From Paenibacillus nanensis (GTDB lineage Bacteria > Bacillota > Bacilli > Paenibacillales > Paenibacillaceae): a stretch of 64,000 nt of DNA. The number at the start of each line of letters is the position of its first letter. Positions within the stretch are counted from its first letter, which is position 1. Location of the stretch: contig JBEBPB010000005.1 in assembly GCA_040396195.1 (NCBI GenBank), positions 113,904 through 177,903 on the forward strand, read 5' to 3'. A program made the position numbers and the translations under genes. The notes below the pieces were generated by a model, which searched no databases, was not told the origin of the DNA, and saw only the letters and a list, made by a program, of their open reading frames with translations. Positions 16,853 to 24,880 of the stretch are shown here, one piece after another.

Positions 16853-19147
16853 TTGTCGAACAATCCAACGGAGCTTACGGAGCATGAAAGAAATGATACT
16901 TTTACAGGGCAAGAAGCGGAGGGGAAATTTGCAGCCAAATTGACCCCAGAGCAAAAGATAGCTGAAACTAAGAAACTGATTGAGCAGGTTAGCGTGCTTG
17001 CTGAACTGCCGAAAACGAAAGTAAAAGCTGCTGTTGAGTTGCTTGATGAAGGGAATACGATTCCTTTTATTGCCCGCTATAGAAAAGAGGCAACGGGAGA
17101 ACTGGATGAAAACGAGCTGCGGCTGATTGAAGAAAAAATACAATATCTGCGCGGCTTGGAGGAGCGGAAGCGGGATGTTATCCGCATAATAGAGGAGCAA
17201 GGAAAATTAACTGAAGCCCTGCGCTTACAAATAGAATCAGCTGCTAAACTTCAGGAAGTTGAGGATTTATATCGTCCGTATCGCCAAAAGCGGAAAACAA
17301 GGGCGAGTGTTGCCAAGGAGAGAGGCTTGGAGCCGCTGGCAGCCTGGTTATGGTCGCAGCCTCGGGAAGGACGGCCGCTTGAGGAAGCGGCACGATATAT
17401 TTCAGAAGAGTTGGGTGTAGAAACAAGTGAGGCTGCGCTTCAGGGGGCAATGGATATATTGGCTGAGAATATAGCTGATGATGCTTCAATCCGGGCATGG
17501 ATTAGAAGGTTTACTGGTGATCAGGGAATTTTGATATCGACAGCAAGGGATGACAGCACAGAATCTGTTTACGAAATGTATTATCAGTATCAGGAGCCGG
17601 TTCGCAAGCTGCCGCCGCATCGGATTCTGGCAATGAACAGAGGAGAACGGGAAGAAGTACTGCGGATCAGCTTGGAGGTGCCAGTTGATCGCATTGCTGA
17701 ATATATACAGCGAAAGCTCATTAAAAACAGTGCGTCTGAGGCTGTTAAATCTGTGTTAGTAGCTACGACCGAGGATGCCTACAAGCGTTTGTTGGCGCCA
17801 TCTATCGAAAGGGAAGTACGAGGAGAGCTGACAGAGACAGCAGAAGAGCATGCGATAGCGATCTTTTCCACGAATCTGCGCAACTTGCTTTTGCAGCCCC
17901 CAGTACGCGGCAATCGGGTGCTTGGTGTTGATCCGGCTTTTCGTACCGGCTGCAAGCTTGCGGCTATTGATGACACAGGCAAGCTGCTAGAGGTTGGCGT
18001 GTGCTATCCAACCCCGCCTAACAATAAGATTGCTGAGGCAGAGAAGCTTATTAATCAAATGATCGATAAATATAATTTGCAGTTGATTGTAATTGGCAAC
18101 GGCACAGCTTCCAGAGAAACGGAGCAGTTTATAGCAAATTTGATTAGCAAACGAATCAATAATGCTGCTGCAAGTAAGGGAGCTGACCCAGGGCTGCAAT
18201 ATATTATTGTCAATGAAGCGGGAGCGAGTGTCTACTCTGCATCGAAGCTGGCACAAGAAGAATTTCCTGCTCTTGATGTTGCAGAGCGTAGCGCAGTTTC
18301 GATTGCCCGCAGATTGCAAGACCCGCTTGCTGAATTGGTCAAAATTGAGCCGAAGGCAATAGGTGTTGGGCAGTATCAGCATGATGTCAGCCAAAAAAAA
18401 TTAGGAGAGACATTGGGCGGTGTTGTAGAATCAGCTGTTAACCATGTTGGGGTAGATGTAAACACAGCCTCAGCATCCTTGCTCTCATACGTAGCTGGCA
18501 TTAATACAACAATTGCGAAAAATATTGTGAAGCATAGGGAAGATAATGGTCGTTTTACAGACCGTAAGGAATTGAAAAAAGTAGCGCGTCTTGGTGCGAA
18601 AACGTATGAACAATGTGTAGGCTTTTTGCGCATCCCTGAAGCGAAAAATCCGCTTGATCGTACAGCGATTCATCCTGAGTCCTATCCTGCTGTTGAGCAA
18701 TTGTTTGGAAAGTTCCAATTGGAGCTTGGACAAATTGAAAGCAGTGAGTTGAAAAAGGCATTAGGTGAATTGAATTTGGAGAAGGCGAGCGAGGAACTGG
18801 GAATTGGACTGCCTACATTGAGAGATATTGTGGACAGCTTGCTACGTCCAGGACGTGATCCGCGTGAAGAACTGCCGCCGCCGATTTTTCATACTGATGT
18901 GCTGCAGCTTGAGGATTTAACGGAGGGGATGGAACTGCAGGGGACTGTCCGCAACGTTATTGATTTTGGCGCATTTGTAGATATTGGCGTAAAGAATGAT
19001 GGTCTTGTTCATATATCGCAATTAAGCGATAAATTTGTGAAACATCCAACTGATGTTGTTTCTGTTGGAGATACAGTAACGGTATGGGTGTTAGGTGTGG
19101 ATTTGAAAAAAGGAAGGGTAAGCCTGACGATGCGCCGTCCTCAGTAA
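16853..19147 (+). CDS. tex: Tex family RNA-binding protein with S1 domain (YdcI)
   Basis: NTIPFIARYRKE, DPAFRTGCK, IGNGTASRET, VNEAGASVYS, IGVGQYQHD and a C-terminal S1 (FGAFVDIG). Confidence 0.95.
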   Translation: MSNNPTELTEHERNDTFTGQEAEGKFAAKLTPEQKIAETKKLIEQVSVLAELPKTKVKAAVELLDEGNTIPFIARYRKEATGELDENELRLIEEKIQYLRGLEERKRDVIRIIEEQGKLTEALRLQIESAAKLQEVEDLYRPYRQKRKTRASVAKERGLEPLAAWLWSQPREGRPLEEAARYISEELGVETSEAALQGAMDILAENIADDASIRAWIRRFTGDQGILISTARDDSTESVYEMYYQYQEPVRKLPPHRILAMNRGEREEVLRISLEVPVDRIAEYIQRKLIKNSASEAVKSVLVATTEDAYKRLLAPSIEREVRGELTETAEEHAIAIFSTNLRNLLLQPPVRGNRVLGVDPAFRTGCKLAAIDDTGKLLEVGVCYPTPPNNKIAEAEKLINQMIDKYNLQLIVIGNGTASRETEQFIANLISKRINNAAASKGADPGLQYIIVNEAGASVYSASKLAQEEFPALDVAERSAVSIARRLQDPLAELVKIEPKAIGVGQYQHDVSQKKLGETLGGVVESAVNHVGVDVNTASASLLSYVAGINTTIAKNIVKHREDNGRFTDRKELKKVARLGAKTYEQCVGFLRIPEAKNPLDRTAIHPESYPAVEQLFGKFQLELGQIESSELKKALGELNLEKASEELGIGLPTLRDIVDSLLRPGRDPREELPPPIFHTDVLQLEDLTEGMELQGTVRNVIDFGAFVDIGVKNDGLVHISQLSDKFVKHPTDVVSVGDTVTVWVLGVDLKKGRVSLTMRRPQ

Positions 19148-19173
19148 TTAGAATAAAGGAGGAATAGAAAACA

Positions 19174-19818
19174 ATGATTAATACGGATATTCAAACTATT
19201 GCAGAGATAATTAATGGACGGAGAGCCATTCGCCATTATGAATCCGAATATGCGATTCCAGAAGAGCAGATTCGCGAAATGATTGAATTGGCAGCTAGGG
19301 CGCCATCCTCATCCAATCTTCAGCCGTGGCGATTTATCGTTGTCAATGATAAGGTGATGCAAGAGCAGCTTGTCCCGATTGCCTATAACCAAAAACAGGT
19401 TGGCGAGGCATCGGCAGTAATTCTTATATTTGCAGATACAAAAATGTATGAGAAAGCGCAACAGATCGCTGACAGCGCGTATGAAGCAGGCTATGCTACA
19501 GAGGAAGTTCGTGACCGGATGGCAGCAGGAGCGATCAAGCTTTACGGCGAAATGCCGCAGGAGCGTCTGAAAGATATTGCATTGTTCGATGCCGGTTTGG
19601 CAGCAATGAATATTATGCTCGTTGCTCGCTCCTATGGATATGCAACTGGACCAATGGGCGGCTTTGATCATAAAAAAGTAAAAGAAATGTTCCAACTGCC
19701 AGAGCATTATGTTCCTACGCTAATGCTTACGATTGGTAAAGCAGTAACACCAGGGCATCCTTCAGCAAGACTTCCAGTTCAAGAAATTTTGGGATTCAAC
19801 AAAAAACCAGCACAATAA
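19174..19818 (+). CDS. Nitroreductase family protein (YdgI/YodC-like)
   Basis: RRAIRHY, APSSSNLQPWRF and GPMGGFD. Confidence 0.92.
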   Translation: MINTDIQTIAEIINGRRAIRHYESEYAIPEEQIREMIELAARAPSSSNLQPWRFIVVNDKVMQEQLVPIAYNQKQVGEASAVILIFADTKMYEKAQQIADSAYEAGYATEEVRDRMAAGAIKLYGEMPQERLKDIALFDAGLAAMNIMLVARSYGYATGPMGGFDHKKVKEMFQLPEHYVPTLMLTIGKAVTPGHPSARLPVQEILGFNKKPAQ

Positions 19819-19827
19819 ACGCATTTG

Positions 19828-19885
19828 AAAACAACCGGACAATATGAGACAAGTGATTTCATCTTGTTTCTTTGTCCGGTTGTTT
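19828..19885. terminator. Long bidirectional hairpin/terminator
   Basis: AAACAACCGGACAA...TTGTCCGGTTGTTT. Confidence 0.75.
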
Positions 19886-19955
19886 ATGTCCACCATAAAA
19901 GCCGCCAGTTAATCTCTACAAACATGTAACAACAAAACACGAAACTTTGGAACAC

Positions 19956-20105
19956 TTATGTGTGCGGCAAAGATAAATCGTCTTGTTGAGGCTCCGCTCC
20001 AGTTTTAGTGCGATAAAAGTACCAGCAATCGTTCAGCATTTTTATTTGTCTTCTGTCACGCTTGAAAAAAGCACGCTGCATTTGGTTGCATAGCCATTGC
20101 GGCAT
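19956..20105 (-). CDS. cmpA: Cortex morphogenetic protein CmpA (49 aa; not in the ORF track)
   Basis: Hand translation gives MPQWLCNQMQRAFFKRDRRQIKMLNDCWYFYRTKTGAEPQQDDLSLPHT, with SD GGGAGGG. It resembles B. subtilis CmpA (MPNWLKKQMQKAF...IKLLNQCWYFY) and sits in the same tex-sprT context. Confidence 0.9.
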   Translation of the reverse strand: MPQWLCNQMQRAFFKRDRRQIKMLNDCWYFYRTKTGAEPQQDDLSLPHT

Positions 20106-20251
20106 GTGCATCCCTCCCTAAAGTACATTTCTAGATGTATTACTATACTATGGGCATAGGTGTTTGTACGTGCAGGTCCATTGTAATTTCCTTGCTGGCG
20201 AAGTAAAAGCAGCTGTTCCCGACTTGGAGAACAGCTGCTTAAGAATGATGG

Positions 20252-20614
20252 TTAAGAATGTAAACCATCTTCGTATTCCTCGTACCATTGCTCTAACTGA
20301 GCCTGAAGCGCACGTATCTCTGTTAACAATGAGATAAGCGGATAAGCTTGTTCTTTGATCGCAGCAAAATCGCTCTCCAATTTGTTAATATAGTCCAATC
20401 CAGAAATAATCGATAGTGAATGATTATGCAATTCAACATTATCGCATTCTGCTATCGCGTATGCTAAGCTTGGAATATGCTCTGCAGTTAGTTTGTCGAT
20501 TTCTTTGTGTAAACGCAAGTTCAGCGCGCTTAATTGGTAAGCATGTGATTGCGGCATTTCGACAAAAGAAATCGCATCATCCTGTTTCATTAAAACGTAT
20601 CGCATGGTTGCCAT
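20252..20614 (-). CDS. Hypothetical protein
   Basis: 120-aa protein-like ORF with SD GAGGGG; function not inferable. Confidence 0.75.
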   Translation of the reverse strand: MATMRYVLMKQDDAISFVEMPQSHAYQLSALNLRLHKEIDKLTAEHIPSLAYAIAECDNVELHNHSLSIISGLDYINKLESDFAAIKEQAYPLISLLTEIRALQAQLEQWYEEYEDGLHS

Positions 20615-20821
20615 TATAGTGTAGCTCTCCCCTCAGTCATTCGATCATGTACAATCTCCTTCAAACAGTGTAGCGTATAGCAGGTACATAATTCAAGTGA
20701 AAGAGGCTGAACACGCTGCTTGTATTATCGACCTAGCAAAAGGGGGAAGAGGAGCTGGCAACAGAAGAATATTCCTTGTAAAAAAGATAACGAGTGAGGC
20801 TATATATGTGCTAGGAGGGAA

Positions 20822-21313
20822 ATGATGCAGAAGATCAATGATCAGCAATTGCAGCAGTGGGTGGAACAAATATCATTAGAAAGCTTCGGACAGCCCTTCA
20901 AGCATAAGGCAACATTCAATAGCAGGTTGCGAGCAACCGGAGGAAGATATTTTACCCGAACGCATCATATAGAGATCAGTCCGCATCAGTTGCAGGCCTT
21001 TGGATTGGAGGAGACTGAAAAAATAATAAAGCACGAGTTATGCCACTATCACCTTCATTTGTCAGGCAAGGGGTATATGCACAGAGATGCAGAATTCAAA
21101 ATGCTGTTAGCACAAGTGGGCGGTTCACGATATTGCAAAACGTTGCCGGAACGGGAAACGAAGCATAGCAGCCGTCCAATACAACCGTTTCGCTACAAAT
21201 TGACGTGTCAAAACTGCAGTATGGTTTATATGCGAAAAAGAAAAGTAAATACTGCGCGATTTGTTTGTGGAAAATGCAGGGGAAAATTATTGATGGTTAT
21301 GCTTGACAATTGA
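20822..21313 (+). CDS. ydcK: SprT family zinc metalloprotease-like protein (YdcK)
   Basis: RLRATGGRY, HELCHYHLH, HRDAEF and a C-terminal CxxC...CxxC ribbon. Confidence 0.92.
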   Translation: MMQKINDQQLQQWVEQISLESFGQPFKHKATFNSRLRATGGRYFTRTHHIEISPHQLQAFGLEETEKIIKHELCHYHLHLSGKGYMHRDAEFKMLLAQVGGSRYCKTLPERETKHSSRPIQPFRYKLTCQNCSMVYMRKRKVNTARFVCGKCRGKLLMVMLDN

Positions 21314-21331
21314 AGCGCAACATGGTAAATT
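21303..21331 (+). promoter_or_regulatory. sigma-A promoter for tRNA-Asn/Ser
   Basis: TTGACA-17 nt-TAAATT with an extended TG. Confidence 0.8.
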
Positions 21332-21354
21332 AATAATTGTCGATTTTAAGATTT

Positions 21355-21430
21355 TCCCTGATAGCTCAGTTGGTAGAGCACTCGACTGTTAATCGAGTTG
21401 TCACAGGTTCGAGTCCTGTTCGGGGAGCCA
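21355..21430 (+). tRNA. tRNA-Asn (GTT)
   Basis: Cloverleaf: acceptor TCCCTGA/TCGGGGA, anticodon arm CTCGA-CTGTTAA-TCGAG, GTTCGA T-loop, encoded CCA. Confidence 0.97.
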
Positions 21431-21431
21431 T

Positions 21432-21522
21432 GGAGAGATACCCAAGTGGCTCAAGGGGACCCTCTGCTAAGGGGTTAGACTGCGTAAGTGGTGCGAGGGT
21501 TCGAATCCCTCTCTCTCCGCCA
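21432..21522 (+). tRNA. tRNA-Ser (GCT)
   Basis: Acceptor GGAGAGA/TCTCTCC, anticodon loop CTGCTAA, long variable arm, CCA. Confidence 0.97.
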
Positions 21523-21535
21523 CAATCGACGATAG

Positions 21536-21559
21536 AAGACCGGTTCCCGGTCTTTTTTT
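21536..21559 (+). terminator. Terminator after tRNA-Ser
   Basis: AAGACCGG-TTC-CCGGTCTT plus T7. Confidence 0.75.
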
Positions 21560-21567
21560 GTTTTTTT

Positions 21568-21756
21568 GGTCGTAAGTTGATTGAAAATATTTCTTCCCAG
21601 TTGCAAATCAGCAAAATGCAGGCAGAAACAGATGGTGAAGCCGTATCCTTTTATAAAAAATGTGGATTCTTGATCCTATCTCTAGGTGAGATTTATTCTG
21701 GCACAGAACGTTTTCTATGCACTTGGGAGCTTGAAAAAGGCAAGCGCATAATTTAA
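21568..21756 (+). pseudogene. C-terminal fragment of a GNAT acetyltransferase
   Basis: GRKLIE...AETDGEAVSFYKKCGF..SLGEIYSGTERF resembles the GNAT motif A-end/motif B. There is no start codon or 5' half. Confidence 0.65.
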
Positions 21757-21851
21757 TAGCCACTACAGACAAAAATTAACTTCCAACCGCTATCGTATGC
21801 AAAATTGTTACTGAGTTTCTCATTTTACGAAAAAGATGTATTACTTGCCCT

Positions 21852-22031
21852 AACGGTTGCCCTGGCGCTTATTAGGGGATTTTCACACCTTATTAAATTG
21901 TTACGGTTATCTTGGCGGCTATTTCACTTTTTTAAGTAAATTTCGATGCCTTTTTCTTAATTAGACGCTGTGGCAACCGTTAGCTTTCGAAAAGTTGCTT
22001 TTCCACCCGATTAGCCACCAGGGAAACCGCC
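21852..22031. repeat. Four degenerate 22-bp repeats (2 direct + 2 inverted, 50-nt spacing)
   Basis: Copies at 21852, 21902 (+) and 21960, 22010 (-); approximate consensus AACGGTTKCCHWGGCGKCTAWT. Confidence 0.75.
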
Positions 22032-22154
22032 ATGCGATATTATTTATAGCTTGATTTATGATGCAGCCGCCACCGTTTTCAGAGCTAACTATCAATCGCT
22101 TATATTAAGGTCGAGTCCTCGCTTATAAAAAAAATATTTTTTTTAAAAAATAGC

Positions 22155-22183
22155 TTGCAAGATCGCAAATAAATAGATATAAT
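22155..22183 (+). promoter_or_regulatory. sigma-A promoter for tRNA-Glu/Lys/Leu
   Basis: TTGCAA-17 nt-TATAAT with an A/T-rich UP element. Confidence 0.85.
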
Positions 22184-22236
22184 ATATCTTGTCGCCAAAA
22201 TGATAGAAGCTTTTGAAACGACAATCATTACAGTAT

Positions 22237-22311
22237 GGCCCGTTGGTCAAGGGGTTAAGACACCTCCCTTTCACGGAGGTAACAGGGGTTCGAATCCCCT
22301 ACGGGTCACCA
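22237..22311 (+). tRNA. tRNA-Glu (TTC)
   Basis: Anticodon arm CCTCC-CTTTCAC-GGAGG, GTTCGAATCC, CCA. Confidence 0.97.
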
Positions 22312-22351
22312 TTTCCTTGTTGAAGAAATAAGGAGTCTTGTACAATAGTAA

Positions 22352-22427
22352 GAGCCATTAGCTCAGTTGGTAGAGCACCTGACTTTTAATCAGGGAGTCG
22401 AAGGTTCGAGTCCTTCATGGCTCACCA
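22352..22427 (+). tRNA. tRNA-Lys (TTT)
   Basis: Acceptor GAGCCAT/ATGGCTC, anticodon loop CTTTTAA, CCA. Confidence 0.97.
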
Positions 22428-22470
22428 GTTTTCTTAACCGGTCGCTGGATCGGGATTTTTTCATTAAAAT

Positions 22471-22556
22471 GCGGTCGTGGTGGAATGGCAGACACGCTAG
22501 CTTGAGGGGCTAGTGGTAGCAATACCGTGGAGGTTCGAGTCCTCTCGACCGCACCA
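22471..22556 (+). tRNA. tRNA-Leu (GAG)
   Basis: Acceptor GCGGTCG/CGACCGC, anticodon arm CTAGC-TTGAGGG-GCTAG, variable arm, CCA. Confidence 0.97.
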
Positions 22557-22740
22557 TAATAAAACTAGCTGAAACTCTTATGTTATAAGGGTTTTTTATT
22601 TTTTATTTTTTTCTAATTTGTTTTTTATAACGGGTGTTTTTCTGAGATAATATCACTTTGGGGACGGATTGGGCACGGATTTTAAGTATCGTGATTACTT
22701 TTATTAGGTAGATATTCATATCTATTGAACAAATTTTACT

Positions 22741-22768
22741 AGGCTCCGAATAATCGGGGTCTTTTTTA
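22741..22768 (+). terminator. Terminator
   Basis: AGGCTCCG-AATAAT-CGGGGTCT plus Ts. Confidence 0.7.
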
Positions 22769-22950
22769 TTGGGTATTTGCTTTATTTTTATTCTTGTCTA
22801 ATCAAATTTGTTGTTTCTTACATAGCTTATAAAGAGTTTAAGATTATCAACTTATAAAGTTGCTTGGAGGTAATGCTAGATATTGCTGTGGACTAGTACG
22901 CTTCTTATGTTTTGAAAGATTGATGTATGAATAAAGAGGTGGAGATAACT

Positions 22951-23730
22951 GTGAAGTTTAATTACAAACAGGATTTTATTCCTAAATCAACACCGTGCAA
23001 TCGACGTCCAGGTCATTCCATGAATGCTACAACAATTACAATACACAATACAGGGAATCCAAGTTCAACTGCATTAAATGAGCGTGCTTGGCTTACAAAT
23101 CCTAGTAACAATCGTACGGCATCTTACCATATTGTTATAGACGAGCGGGAAGCCATCGAGTGTCTGCCTCTCAATGAATCCGCTTGGCATGCTGGTGACG
23201 GTAGTGGTATTAAAAGTGGCAACAGGACATCGATAGGTATTGAGATTTGTGAGTCAGGCAACTATGCTCAAACTTTGAGTAATGCTGTTGAACTGGTTGC
23301 GTCCATGCTAAAGGAACGGGGTTGGGGGGTAGATCGACTACGAAGACATTTTGACTGGTCTGGCAAGATTTGCCCACGACTGATGTACGATGGCGGTAAA
23401 TGGACAGGATGGATCGAGTTTAAAAAAAGAGTTGCGGCACAACTAGAGGAGGATGCGCCAATGACGGCAGCAGAGCGTAAGGAAATGGAAGACTTGAAAA
23501 AACAGGTAAGTGAGCAGAGGGCGATGATTGACGCTCAAGCTAATGCTCTTACCGCCGCTACAGGACGAATAGAGGCGCCGGAATGGTTTGTACAGGAGTT
23601 TGGCAGCAATGATTTGGGCGGCTTGCTATTGGATCCAGCTATGACAAAAGAGGGCTGGAGAACTGTAGCTATTGCATTACGCGCTCAAGGTTTTGGAAGC
23701 GGACGCGATAAAAAAGTAGAAATTAAATAG
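22951..23730 (+). CDS. N-acetylmuramoyl-L-alanine amidase (Amidase_2), phage endolysin-like (XlyA/CwlA type)
   Basis: ITIHNT, ASYHIVID, AWHAGDG, GNRTSIGIEICE, RRHFDWSGKICP. No signal peptide. GTG start after SD GAGGTGGAG. Confidence 0.9.
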   Translation: MKFNYKQDFIPKSTPCNRRPGHSMNATTITIHNTGNPSSTALNERAWLTNPSNNRTASYHIVIDEREAIECLPLNESAWHAGDGSGIKSGNRTSIGIEICESGNYAQTLSNAVELVASMLKERGWGVDRLRRHFDWSGKICPRLMYDGGKWTGWIEFKKRVAAQLEEDAPMTAAERKEMEDLKKQVSEQRAMIDAQANALTAATGRIEAPEWFVQEFGSNDLGGLLLDPAMTKEGWRTVAIALRAQGFGSGRDKKVEIK

Positions 23731-23888
23731 TAATTTTTCATTCCTGAGAGATAAATGGCGTGAAGTTGGGTTTGGTATTGGGATTCAATATAACAGTAGT
23801 TGGGAGGTATTTCTTAAAAATGATGAAGTTTAACGAAATAGTGCAAGCTCCCCTCCCCTATATATGAGTTAGCAGATTTATCGTTTAT

Positions 23889-23913
23889 GCCGCCAAAGAT
23901 GGCGGTCTTTTTT
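23889..23913 (+). terminator. Terminator
   Basis: GCCGCCA-AAGA-TGGCGGT plus Ts. Confidence 0.65.
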
Positions 23914-24020
23914 ATTTCAGTACATTAGCGTTTCATTAATAGCGTTGTATTAATGTTTTTTGCTCTGCATTTCCATAACTTTCTGCAACTAATGGAAGAA
24001 AGCAAATATTACTAACAATA

Positions 24021-24317
24021 TTAAAAAGAATTTCTCCATTTGATTAGTTCATGAATATAGTAGTCCATTTGGCACTGTATAGTTTCCAGATGACGCATTG
24101 AATGAATATGGCTTTGTGATCTCCTATTATTATTGTTGTCATTGTTATTGTTGTTATTACTGAGTTCCAAGTCATCCAGGGCCATTTTGGCAGCAGCAGC
24201 TGCAATGCCATCTCCAAGTGTTGTAATGGAAGCGCCGATAAAGGCAAGTCTCGCAATATGAATTTCTTTTGCGGAGGCCTCTTGAGAGTTATCGTTGCGA
24301 CTTTGCTGAGGTCTCAT
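24021..24317 (-). CDS. Small hypothetical protein with Asn-rich tract
   Basis: SD GGGAGG. ARLAFIGASITTLGDGIAAAAA helix followed by a poly-N insert. Confidence 0.75.
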   Translation of the reverse strand: MRPQQSRNDNSQEASAKEIHIARLAFIGASITTLGDGIAAAAAKMALDDLELSNNNNNNDNNNNRRSQSHIHSMRHLETIQCQMDYYIHELIKWRNSF

Positions 24318-24562
24318 AACTCATTCCTCCCTGTTTGGCTATAAGGTGATATAGGCATCATATGCATCAAATTGCCGGATTGCGATTCGGACGGGGTAAT
24401 TAATTATGTTCACAGAAGTTGAATTTGTCTGGCTATATTGATCGCGTTCTTTTATAAAAGTTAAATTAAGCCTCAGTTATTAATTATGTAGAATATTGAT
24501 TAAAACAAGCTATTGTTAGAATTAGAATAGTAATAACAGCAGTAATAACAGCAGGTGGGTGA

Positions 24563-24880
24563 GTGGCTATTCGTATCGAACGGTTGTATTTGTCAGATGA
24601 TAATAGGGTTTCTATAACGGCATATTTGCATGAACCTGATGTTAGCCATAATGATCAAACAAAGCGGCGGGCAGCAGTTGTTGTTTTTCCGGGAGGAGGG
24701 TATAGAAGCCTGTCTGACAGCGAGGCAGAGCCGATTGCGCTCAAATATTTGGCAGAGGGCTTTCACGCATTTGTGCTTCGTTATTCTGTTGGCGAGCATG
24801 CAGCTTATCCCGCTCCTCTATTAGATGCTTCACGCGCTTTAGCTGTCATTCGGCATTATGCAGGTATGGATTATGGCTGA
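24563..24880 (+). pseudogene. Alpha/beta hydrolase (Aes/BD-FAE-like esterase), 3'-truncated
   Basis: VVFPGGGY, FVLRYSV and YPAPLLDASRAL are present, but it stops at 105 aa before the GxSxG nucleophile elbow. Confidence 0.8.

Larger units (their letters stand above)
22557..23913. mobile_element. Probable prophage/integrative-element remnant (att-proximal motifs + lysin, no integrase)
   Basis: Directly 3' of tRNA-Leu: AAACTCTTAT-GTT-ATAAGGGTTT palindrome, tandem TTGGG(G/C)ACGGA repeats, an AT-rich tract and a phage-type amidase bracketed by terminators. Confidence 0.55.

Noticed and set aside
21337-21614. 139-aa and 82-aa ORFs over the tRNAs
   Set aside because: They read through tRNA-Asn/Ser. 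Only the 3' GNAT-like fragment is meaningful.
23814-23870. Tiny ORFs after the lysin (MMKFNEIVQAPLPYI on +; MHYFVKLHHF on -) as a type I toxin
   Set aside because: Too short and not hydrophobic, with no toxin-like TM helix.
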